A DNA stretch of 56,120 bases, counting the filler, from Platydemus manokwari (lineage: Eukaryota), in the NCBI GenBank assembly GCA_037951405.1. It is 5 parts of 5 records of this genome, joined end to end, with 100 filler letters (N's around TTAATTAATTAA, not from the genome) between each part and the next. Parts side by side here need not be neighbours in the genome. Positions count along the whole stretch, not along the records: positions 21,816 to 32,673 come from JBBMOY011100332.1; positions 32,774 to 45,281 come from JBBMOY010107787.1; 3 more parts are not named here. One strand, given 5' to 3'. Below are positions 25,736-36,520 of the stretch, in pieces. The notes below the pieces were generated by a model, which saw nothing but the letters and a program-made list of their open reading frames with translations, was not told where the DNA came from and did not search any database. The position numbers and the translations under genes are program-made. Every line of letters begins with the position of its first letter. Position 1 is the stretch's first letter.

Positions 25736-27326
25736 GCCAACAACCTTTTAATAAAATGATATGTGCTTTGTGTTGTTTTTTATAGCATTATTTATGAGAC
25801 TTAATAAACTCTTATTTATAATTATTATAAATTGGAAATTTTGGTTTTGCGTGCTTGTTGATTAATATTGAAATTAATATTATTATTCATGAAATTGGCA
25901 AATATGTCATCAAAAATTCCTCTAAAAATTTTGGTGGAGATCAAGTTTGGATGGGATTATATTCATAAAATAGATATAGTATATTACTATGAAGCCTCCA
26001 AACCATTAAGTTCTTGAATAATTTCAGTGTTGAAAGTTTTAGTCGACTTCTAGTTGCGCTATTTTAACTGTGGCTATCGCCACGTTCAGACTCACATGTT
26101 TGAATTTCATAGTTTTTGTCCAAAAAAATAAAAGGCTTAAAATTGGATGCCCTGCTAAAGAAGTGGAAAGATAAACGAGAGAAAAGTTAATTAAAAATTT
26201 CAAGCAGGAAAATTTATTAACAAACAGAAATAATGGTAATCTACAATTTTACCATATTCAGAATATAATTTTGCAACCGTATGCTAATAAATCACTGTTA
26301 AGAAAGTTGATTATATATTCCCAAATATAGGTGGAAACAAGTTTGTATAGGACCATTAATCAGACACTAATATTTTTCTACTGTCATTCTACAAGGTACG
26401 ACAGCCTTCATATCAAAATCAATAAAGTGTCAACTAAATTCATTTTACATTATTTTATAGTAAATCTTCGATTATATCAATGATTAATCATTTCATTCTT
26501 ATTGATTTTTACACTCAATCCATAATTTGAAACAAATCAGTTAATTGATGAGAACAACACCATAATCTAATTCAATATTTCATTAAATAGAACTTGTGAC
26601 TAATATTACTAGCAAAACCCTATCAAATATATTAATTTGAAGGAACTATCAACATTTTATGAAATTATCAACATTTAGAAATAAATCGAAACCCAAAAAA
26701 TATTATTTTTGAAATAAATTACATCATTCGATTCGTGTTATTTTTCCCGTGATAGATTCTACATTGATTGTAAAATTTTACTAATGCTATCAAATTGAAA
26801 TTTTGTTGCAAAGTCAGAATCAATCATGGATTCAAACAGTCTTATATGATTATAAATTTCAAATTTCAAGCAGGAAAACAAATTTAAATTATATTTGAAT
26901 TTGACAACATTAATAAAATAGAGATTATTTCCTAGAATAACTTTTGGTCAAATAATTTCAAGTTAAGTGACAGATAATCAATGAGATTTTGGTTTTGAAA
27001 TATCAAGCTGTTGAGGTAAATCATTGAAGATGAGTCAAAATATGGGGACAACTCGAATAAAATTGGGAAAAATTTTCGTAAAAATTAAAGCTTTACATTT
27101 CTTAAATAGAAAATTTCAATGAAAATACGCAGTAACATTATATATAAATTATTTGATAATCTTCGGTGTAAGTGTTAATAGATCATTGATATATTTCATA
27201 ATAATTATTTAATCAAATAAAAGAACTACAATTAAAGAAGCAAAATTCTATATTTATAAAAATCATTTATTAAAAAAGTTTCTATTTAACGTAATTTGAT
27301 CAAATTTTATTTTCACAAAAATAATT

Positions 27327-28540
27327 CTAGTGACCAGTAATTTTAGAATCTATAAAATCAGCACAAGCCATTGTTGTTCTGCCAATTAATAATTTGGAGT
27401 CTCTATTAAATGCAATGTATTTTTTGTATACATCATTATCATTCCAGTATCTATCGGATTCAAGCATCCATGAACTAATTTTTCCAGGCCGAATATTTCT
27501 CTCATCGAATAACTTGTCATAGCAAATTTCTGAAACATTTGTATTACGATTTTGACATTTGACATATAATGTTGACACCAATGATGATATTAAACTATAA
27601 TGAAACAATGTTTTGTCTGATGTTTTATCGGAGTTTAAAACCGGTTTACCGAATGAAAAAATAAAATAATCTTCATTTTTGATTTTATCATAGTATCCCA
27701 ATACCTGGACAAATTTAAATCAAAATTCTAAGATCATATTTATTTACTTTTTCTTTAATAAGCTGAGGTTTATCAAAGTTATCTTTAATATGATCAATTA
27801 GGATAGAATCCAGTTTAATAATTATTCGAGCTGAATTCATAATTGTATAATTGAATCTTCCACCTATCAAATCGAAAGCACAAACAGTAAATTTATTCAT
27901 ATCAAAAAAATTTTATAGTCAAAATTTTATTTGATTTGATATCCATTGTAATTTCAGAGTGATTATTGAAACAAATTGAAATTTCCGATAATATTATTTC
28001 TTATATAAACTAAGTACTCTATTACCTTTTTTATGCCAATGAATACTTTCCACACGAATAACTTAAATGAGTTATGTTTCGGTAGTTAAACTTAGGATAC
28101 ATTAGAAAAGCGAAAATTTATATATCGATTAAAATAAAAAATTAAAAAATGTTATATAAGAATATTTAACATCATCTATGTTGTATTATATGTATGGAAG
28201 AATCTATTTTAAAGTGAATATTATATTTAATGGGATTTTATAAATCCAATTTATAGTAATAACGGGATACAAAGACCAATTTATGAATATTAATAGGTCT
28301 TCCATATTTTGTATTAGAATCAAAGCACTTAAGCAATGTTTACTTTAGATGATTTTTAAAAATTCTATTAACAGAAGATAAATTTTGACGAAGATTTATC
28401 CACAAATAGTACTATTTTCATCAAAATATGTTGTGGGTTTGAGTTCATAATCTTCAATTTTCATTTTGCAGGAAGGTGGGCCTGTACAGGTCATTATCAG
28501 CACAGAAAATGTAAAGCATAGATAATATGTATATAATAAT
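27327..28540 (-). pseudogene. Disrupted gene of unknown family with hydrophobic, signal-peptide-like N-terminus and intact spliced 3' end
   Basis: ORFs 27715-27900 and 27327-27701 join in phase 0 through a 43-nt GT-AG intron (27705-27747: ..LIKEK|VLGYYDK..). Upstream, protein-like frames continue but are broken by a frameshift in a T7 run (~27905) and several stops, back to LLYTYYLCFTFSVLIMTCTGPPSC near 28540. Confidence 0.45.
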
Positions 28541-28919
28541 AATTTGATTTATAATTCTCTAATTTGTAAATAATTATTTAATATAATATATAATTATAAT
28601 AAAAACATAAAAATAATTTAATTTAAAAATATTAATAAAAATTTTGCAGTTAAAAATTAAACGGAAAAATCACAACATAAAATCACAATATAAAAACGTA
28701 TTGTTCGAAAATAAAATAAAATAAATCAAAACAATCATAATTTTTAAATCTTCACAACTCTCAAAGAATAAATAACAACATAATTTCCTATTCTGAGCAG
28801 AAGCAATTAATGTGCTACGGTAGCAACCGACAGTATCAAAACTCAAACTTGTATTAATACTCTTTCCGGTTCAAAGATAATCAGGAATTAATGAATAAAC
28901 GCCAATTCTCTCAATCCTT

Positions 28920-29115
28920 AAGCTTCTCTCGATATCATCAACGGCAATAAAGTTCAAACAAATATCAATCTTCAAAGACTTCGAACCCCAAACAATTCAA
29001 ATTCTCAAAAGCGTCACATTGAAAAGTCGACTTCATTTTATTCGAATACGACTTCATGATATTGCAATTCATTTGAGAATCGTTCACAAAATTGTAAATC
29101 TTCTAAATCTAGGAG
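28920..29115 (+). mobile_element. Possible decayed non-LTR (L1/Tx1-like) ORF1 fragment
   Basis: Frame reads ..KSRLHFIRIRLHDIAIHLRIVHKIVNLL, loosely like the RRM-type ORF1 segment at 43270-43520. Weak. Confidence 0.22.
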
Positions 29116-30168
29116 AAGATCGAAATTATAACAAGCTCAATATGTTTGCTTGACCTATTGAAGAATAATTTAAATTGATCAAAAGGTAACAAACAAAAAG
29201 TAAAGGATTAATAAATAAGAGTTGAAGATTTTTTCGTCATTGAGCAAGTAAATTATAAAACATGTTTTTAAATTTTTATTTATATCAACACAACAGAAGT
29301 TCGATATAGGAACCTTCACTTATTTGTCCATTTACTCTTGACATTGAGTTTTATTTTGTTTACATAAGTTCAGTTGAGATATTATTTTAACAATTTGTAA
29401 GGATGGCAAATATTACTATATAATTTTGTGCATTGATATCATTATCCAATAAAGGAATTTTGAAAATTAATTTCAGTCTTGGGGTCCTTGCTAATTTTCA
29501 GTAAATTGCATTTCGACCTACTTTTTTCATTTTTTCAAAAAATCAAATTTTAGGAGGTTTTTAAGCTCTGATTTATTTAATATTTGATTTCAGACTACTT
29601 AAATTTTTCTTAAATACTTAAATAAAAAATTCAAAATGTTTTTAAAGAATATAAATAAATAAACTGCATAGATTTTTTTAATGCACTCAATAAATTCAAA
29701 ATTTCATTTTAAAACCCTTTTTTAAACTTTAGACTAGAAATCCTTTGACCTATTTTTGTAATAATGAATTTTTGTGTATTAGAAAATTTTATGAATTGCG
29801 ATGTTTGATTTATTCGTCTAATATTAGTTAAAATCTCACTTTCTAGGATGTCTAAAATGGACAAAACGTAATTTAAAAGCCAAATTCCCATTTTTAACTA
29901 CAACATATCTAAATTGAAATTTTACTTAATTACAAATATGTTAAAAAATATCATTACTCTTTTTTATAAAATAAATGTAAACATTTAAAATATCATTTTG
30001 ATTTGATTATTCAGATTGATGGAAAAGTTGTACAAAATTTATAGAAAATGTGATAAAAATCTACTAAAGTAGTTAAAAGTAGATTGAGAGTGTCATCTTA
30101 ATATTAGAAATATTATAAAACGGAAATATTGAATTCATAGTTAATTTGTGATCAATTAAAATTATCAA

Positions 30169-30864
30169 ATGTATCGACTACCACAAGTAAATCCAAATTT
30201 GTTTTATAAAGAATCTTGCCGAAAAGATATACTTCGATCAGAACTCCAAAATCATACTCAACCAAATAACATATGGGTTGTCATCTTTGATGGAGTGTAC
30301 GATTTAACAGAACTCAGTATAAAACACAAAGGTGATCCTTTCATGTGGCCTATTCTCCAAGCGGCAGGAAAGGATATTTCTCATTGGTTTGATATTAATA
30401 CAGGTGATTTACGGACTTACATTGATCCAATAACTAATACAAAACACCACGCAACACCAAATGGACGATTTATTCATGTTGAACCACCATTTATCACTAC
30501 AGAATGGGCTAATGACTTTGGTACTCCATGGTGGAAAGATATCAAGCGTTACTTTATTGGAAAAATTTCAAAAAGAACTTGTTTTGTAAGATTTTTCAAT
30601 ACATTAACTGGGCATAAACATCAATTTGAAACAAGTGCTGATGATACAATATTGGAAATGATTAGGAAACATATTTATTTATTTAATTCTCATACAGCAT
30701 CTTATACTTGTAAGTATGAACAAAGAATTTTAAATCTAGAAAATACACTTGAAGAAAATAATATTCCAATTGAAACCGAAGAAATGGAAGATGTTGGTCT
30801 TGATCCAGTGGAATGGCCAATAGAATTATTGCTTTATTTTAATGATGATTTAACAGTAGCATAA
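30169..30864 (+). CDS. CYB5D1: Cytochrome b5 domain-containing protein 1 (ciliary), intronless
   Basis: 231-aa ORF with HTQPNNIWVVIFDGVYDLT, AGKDISHWFD..TGDLRTYIDP, TPNGRFIHV..EWANDFGTPWW, NSHTASYTCKY, TLEENNI and terminal LLYFNDDLTVA, matching the recalled CYB5D1 family along its length. Confidence 0.93.
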   Translation: MYRLPQVNPNLFYKESCRKDILRSELQNHTQPNNIWVVIFDGVYDLTELSIKHKGDPFMWPILQAAGKDISHWFDINTGDLRTYIDPITNTKHHATPNGRFIHVEPPFITTEWANDFGTPWWKDIKRYFIGKISKRTCFVRFFNTLTGHKHQFETSADDTILEMIRKHIYLFNSHTASYTCKYEQRILNLENTLEENNIPIETEEMEDVGLDPVEWPIELLLYFNDDLTVA

Positions 30865-32673
30865 CTTTAATTATATTTTATTGTTCAATTGTAATATTAA
30901 ATATAATAGTATATGACATGGCTTAAAATATTATTGATGTTCAGAACAGTCTTAAAATTCCTTTATGCTTTGTCAGATCGAGTAAATTATTATTAAATTA
31001 AATTTGGTTTTTATAATTATATTTTCTGATCGTAATTATTAGATTGCTAGAAAAAAATCTAAAGATTGGCCTTTCAGAGTTCAAATAGAGTTTCATTGTT
31101 AGCTTAACTGAGACTCATCTATCGCCAATACCAATATACCTTGAAAATCAAAACTAGGTGAAATAGTATTCCTCGATAGTTAAAATTTATAATATTTATC
31201 CAAATCACAACTTGAAAAATGACTAGCAAATAGTTTATTTAAAAGAAATTAAAATACAGCAATGTAAAATAGCAAAAAAAGTTACCAAATGTTAAGCTTA
31301 ACACTCAAGTGCGTCGATGAAAAGAATCTGAAAAGTCGGACAAAAAACAGAAGCAGAAAAATTGTGGATTAATTAAAATATATAACTAGTATTAGGATTG
31401 CAAGCCGCTACTATATTTTTAAAAAACGCATCGAAACGAACTGAAAAGATTCAACATTCAATTCTATTTAAAGATGATTATTTAAACAAATAAATAAAAT
31501 TTAATACCAAATTAAATTCAATATAAATTTAAATTCAATAAAAATTTAAATTCTTTATAAAATTAAATTAAATTTAAAATTAAATAAATTTAGCAATGGT
31601 TTCGAAGTCGAAGAGAACGAAGTTAAGAATTTCGGTTATTGAAATGAGTTTTAGTTCTCCTAAAGGAACACCAGGGTTTTTGTATAGGTTGAAGTCAGGT
31701 CGATGTGGTTTAGGTGGTTATTTGTCGGAAACATTCAGACGAATATAGGAAGTTAGATGATACAATTGATTGAGTCGGAGTTCTCTCGAGAGATACCAAT
31801 AATAAATATGTCGTTACTCATACCCATGGTTTATCATGGTTGATTGAAGGCTTTAGAGCGATTAGCAAAATGGAATTACTAATAATTATAATAGTCACTG
31901 ATAAAGGCAAATTAAAACAAATAACCTGCATTTTAAATGAATACAAATGATTACAAAGAAGTGAATAAAAATACGGATGATTAATTTAATTATCATAAAA
32001 TTAGATTCAGGTGAATGAAATAATAAGACATGATTTAAGCTACAGAAATGATATAAAAATTGCTACATTACCGGTGAAAATAAACAAGAAAAAGCAGAAT
32101 GAAACTTCTGAAATCTAAGATCGAGAAACTAGAACTTTTGAATTTGATTTTAAAGTAGTAAATTTTCTCCAATCTCTCAGAGCAGAAAATTGTAATTTGG
32201 GAAACTGGAATGTTGACATGTATCCAGTCATTATCATTTGAATTCTAATTTATTAATTAAAATAGTTTGAGAGATTTCGTTTCGAACTCAGTTATGTTAT
32301 ATTAGAAAATTTATACTTCCAAAACCAAGATCGGTGCATCTGCTCTAACTTAAAAATAATCCAGGCTTCTCTTCAAACCAGTTGCTATGAAAAAAAACAG
32401 TTATAAATATTTAATTTATCTAATGAACAAGCTTATTCACAAATAATCATTTGTCAGCCAAATATTTGGAACCATAATGGCAGTCTATCAGGATTAAATT
32501 TATATTTTAAGAAATCTAAAATATAAATAAAATTTTAAATGTATTGTATTAAAGTGAATGTGTTTATATTTTATTGTCTATATATATAAACATCATTAAG
32601 AGATAAAAGCTTATAAAGAATTTATAATATACAAAGCCGTAAAAATTTTAAATTATTATTTAATCATCGTGTT

Positions 32674-32773
32674 NNNNNNNNNNNNNNNNNNNNNNNNNNN
32701 NNNNNNNNNNNNNNNNNTTAATTAATTAANNNNNNNNNNNNNNNNNNNNNNNNNNNNNNNNNNNNNNNNNNNN
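32674..32773. other. Artificial contig linker
   Basis: N44-TTAATTAATTAA-N44. Confidence 0.97.
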
Positions 32774-33039
32774 TTATGTTTAAATGATTTGGTAAAACAA
32801 AAACTTTAAACAACTAAAAAACATGAATAACTTTTGACTCAGCCTAATAGTTCATCGAGTAAGTTAATTTATTATTTTCTGGCAACTTATTCTCGTACTA
32901 TTGTTGGGTCCAGAAGAATTGGAGGTTGCAAAGACTTTATGTTTTACTAATTCATGCTAGTCGACAGATACACCAATGAGTCCAAAGTTTATCAAGAATA
33001 TTCCACAAATGTGATACAGAAATATCATATTACTCGGCT

Positions 33040-33330
33040 TCCAAATGGCACTTGACCATCTTTACATCGGTATTTATATTTGAGATGTGTGAGTACTTGG
33101 TGTATCACGTTTTGATTTGAACTTTTGTTACTCAAGCCCAAATTGGACTTATAGACGTTCTGTGATAAGAATTGGCAATCCTTATGTGCTTCTTACTGAG
33201 TAGTTGTGTCTATTTTACGAATTAGAATCTTCCATTTAAGTTTTCTCCGTGTGTGAATTTTTTATATGTTTTCAGTATATCAGATATATACCAACACTGA
33301 AGTTTATTTTTCACATACTCAACATATCTA
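33040..33330 (-). mobile_element. Decayed non-LTR retrotransposon (L1/Tx1-like ORF2 C-terminal region)
   Basis: Diverged nucleotide homology with 52415-52581 (shared CGGTATTTATATTTG..TCACGTTTTGATTT..TGTCTATTTT.CGAATTAGAAT..ATTTAAG). Minus-strand translation LKWKILIRKID..NQNVIHQVLTHLKYKYR with stops. The repeat is seen; the L1/Tx1 assignment is inferred. Confidence 0.4.
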
Positions 33331-34475
33331 CCCCGTAAACAAAAATCTCAAAATCTAAAATGATTTAATAAAACTTTTGGTTATGTGAAATTTATAGTTA
33401 ATATGTTACTCTACTTCTAGGATTGCTTTACTTTCTCTTACTGTAGCTATGCTCTGTTATCGAGTTCGAACTGACTCAAATAATGTTTATATTTTCTGTG
33501 TTTTGTTCCATAGTTAATATTGATAACACATTAGATATCACCACTGAGCACATGGATCTAATTAGATCTTGGTCTGAACTCAAATTTAATTGCTTGTCTA
33601 TCTGTATTCCAATAATTTACGACATTATCTTTTTGTTTGTGCTGTTTATTATACCTCTCCTTAATTCATTCTTGACATTCCTTGCCTTCTGTCCTTAGTT
33701 ACAGTGGTGGAACAAGTTCAAGATATATAAAACATATAAAATTAAAATTATAATAAAGTACTACATCACATTAAATAAATAATAAACTGCTAAATATGTA
33801 GTACGTGATTATGTCACAATGATACCACCGATTATATCGATTGACAAAAGATGTCATTGTTAAATCCAAAATCAGAGAACTACATCAATGACACATGAAT
33901 ATGATTGTCATTATCCAAGATTAAAAACAAGTTTAATTCGCTGAATTTGCAACTGAGTTGACTTGTTGTCTTTCGTTGAGTACATCGCAAAAGTCTTATA
34001 GTGTTTGAAATCACGAATTCAATTTAGTATCATTTTTAATATATTAGAAGAAAAGAAATATTTTCATTTCTTATTTATATTGGTTTCCGCTAGATTATTG
34101 ATTCTCTACAAAATATCACAAATATTGAAAAATGGATTTTTGAGGTTTCGAGCCCTTATATCTTTGCCACGAAATCTCATATCGATTTTCTGTCTATTAA
34201 CTTTTTGCATTTCTCTATTACATATCAAAAAATTGAAAAATCGCCTTTCCAAGTTTTCGACCCTTTGGTTTTTCTCAACAAGAACTTGTTTCAGCTTCCT
34301 GTTTATAATCATTTTTCTTCGCCTCACCATTCAGTATTGCATATAAAAAAATGAGTAAATTACCAAATAACATTTACAATTTTACTGCTAATCAATATAC
34401 GAGGCAAGTAAAATATAATTTGATCAAATAATAAGTACAAAAATCAAAATTAAAAGAATGTTGTAAATATTCTCT

Positions 34476-34865
34476 TTAAAGATATCTAAAATTGGACCAT
34501 GTTACATCTCCTAGATCAATTACTGAATTCTTTGGACTCACATCATATAATTTGGTGTGAATTTCAAGCGGTGACAATTGGATTTTGTTGTGCGATTTAT
34601 TTAGCGCTTTGGAAATCATTGAGATGAGTGGCGTCATATTTTGATTTTGAACGTGCGATAAATAATACACTTTTATCAAGCGCTTCTCTTCATTGTGTTC
34701 TTTTGTCGGCTGAAGAATGATGCAGCACCTTGCTTTATTTTCAATCACTCTGATACGTCTATCTGAGCTGTGATTGTAAAATAATGAATTCACTACTTCG
34801 GGTTTTGTCGTTATTTCAATGAAACACGTACATAATTTCATTTGTTTTTCATTTTTTAGTAGTGT
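34476..34865 (-). CDS. Terminal exon with START/SRPBCC-like C-terminal strands; possibly a pseudogene
   Basis: Acceptor ttttgtAG at 34866 is in frame with the 121-aa ORF. RIRVIENKARCCIILQP..LIKVYYLSHVQ resembles the START-domain VRA..G..IQP..KVTYLSHVD pattern. The likely preceding exon (donor ~34938) has an in-frame TAA. Confidence 0.33.
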   Translation of the reverse strand, partial: TLLKNEKQMKLCTCFIEITTKPEVVNSLFYNHSSDRRIRVIENKARCCIILQPTKEHNEEKRLIKVYYLSHVQNQNMTPLISMISKALNKSHNKIQLSPLEIHTKLYDVSPKNSVIDLGDVTWSNFRYL

Positions 34866-35641
34866 CTACAAAATAAATTTTGTTTAAATAAAACGAAGAT
34901 TTCAAAATCATTAATTCATTTTGATAAGGAATTCCTACTTTGTTTTTATGTTCTTCTTATTGTTTAGTTTTTCTTATAATTTGACTTATTTCAATTACTT
35001 TAATTACTTTATTTCCAAAGATATTTTATGATTTATTATATTAATTTAAGAATATTGTTATATAAGCTAGTATTTAATATTAAATACAGAATTAAAACAA
35101 AATTAAACAATAATGTTTATTCAATTAAAACAAATAATTTAAAAGATAGAATTGATTTATACAGGATAGCATAGTGCCTACGCACTTTGGTATCCTAAAA
35201 TATGACAGTATAAAGTTAACTGCAATATCATTAACATACTTTATTAAATAAATTTTTTAATTTGAATTGAGAAAGTTTTGTGTAATTTTTTAAAATATTT
35301 TTCAACTATTTATACTAATTGATAATATGTTCTTTATATTATAATTATAATTAATTATAGTGCAATTTTTATTTTTAATTAATTATCAGATTGAGCTACA
35401 ATCATCCATCATACGCGTAGCTCAATTTGTCATCCATTATGAATTGGATTTTTCATTGTCCGACGGGATTTATCGTGACGGCAATAATGGGTAGAAATTT
35501 ATTACCTGTCAGCGCTTTAAAATCCTATCGGATTCCGTGCGAATTTTTAGCAATAATATATTAATCCTGGGTTTTGGGTTACTTGATGAATTAGTCCCTA
35601 AATTATTATATAAACAGATGGTTATTTTCTATATTTCTTTT

Positions 35642-35684
35642 AGTCCTATCTGTCTCTGGTCCGATGGAAAGCCGAAATAGGTCT
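35642..35684 (+). ncRNA. Internally deleted type III hammerhead ribozyme relic (copy 1)
   Basis: AGTCCTA-TC-TGTCTCT-[deletion]-GGTCCGATGGAAAGCC-GAAA-TAGGTCT. Stem III, AUC triplet, stem II region and GAAA remain; the 3' strand of stem I and the CUGAUGA box are missing relative to copy 2. Confidence 0.6.
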
Positions 35685-35750
35685 CTATCCACATCATAAA
35701 ACTACCATCATCATCATTGTAGCCATCACTCTTGAAAGTTCCGAGGGAAA

Positions 35751-35807
35751 GTCCTATATATCTCTGAATAGGGATACTGTGAGGTCCATGGAAGGCCGAA
35801 ATAGGAC
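35751..35807 (+). ncRNA. Type III hammerhead ribozyme-like motif with a one-base core deletion (copy 2)
   Basis: Stem III GTCCTA/TAGGAC, U-A pair and AUA triplet, stem I TATCTCT-GAAT-AGGGATA, core CTGTGA (CUGAUGA lacking A6), stem II GGTC-CATGGAA-GGCC, then GAAA. All three helices pair by hand. Confidence 0.72.
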
Positions 35808-36029
35808 CCATTTTTCAACCAAAGGTAGTTTATTTATTTATTGTATCTTGACCACTTAACATACCTACGATTACGGAAAAATCTCACTTAAAGTAACAGT
35901 TGTCAACATGGCACTATGTTTCGATATTTTACATACATACTTAGTTAGCACATAGTCACCGATAAATATGAATCATAGTAGAAAGAGGATTTGAAATTAA
36001 CACATCCGCAGTTTTTGACCAAATTCAGT

Positions 36030-36520
36030 TTATATAAATAGATAATTCCAATCTTATTTTTGGAAATCAAAGCATCGGACAAAAGTTAAGTTCAGGTAAC
36101 ACACACAAACTTGACAAAAATATTGCAATGAACATAGCTTGTAGCCAGTAGAAACCACAGAACATATGGATTTTATTTGTACGTGGAAGGAGCAGAATGA
36201 CACCTGTATATTTTTTGTTCAATAAATATTTGATATCGAACTCATGTTAAATATTCAACAAAAGCCATTGAAAGTCAATTAACTTTGTTGTTAAAAATAA
36301 ACACTTGAAAAAGAGATGGCTAATATATAGCACAATGTTACTAAAATTAGAAACAGTAGTAAAAAGGTAAAATAGGATTGTAAACATAGTGACACTATCG
36401 ATGAACATATGCTATGTAAGTTACAGTATGTAAGCATAGAACAAGAATTATATTTGCCACAAAATTTATAAACCAAAACTGTGTAGACATTATTGACAAA
36501 GTTTCAATAGCACCGAAACT
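36030..36520 (-). pseudogene. Possible decayed multi-pass membrane protein gene
   Basis: Successive hydrophobic segments in shifting frames (FWFINFVANIILVLCLHTVTYIAY; FTFLLLFLILVTLCYILAISF; HMFCGFYWLQAMFIAIFLSSLCVL) with stops. No family recognised, and T-rich DNA can mimic this. Confidence 0.2.
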
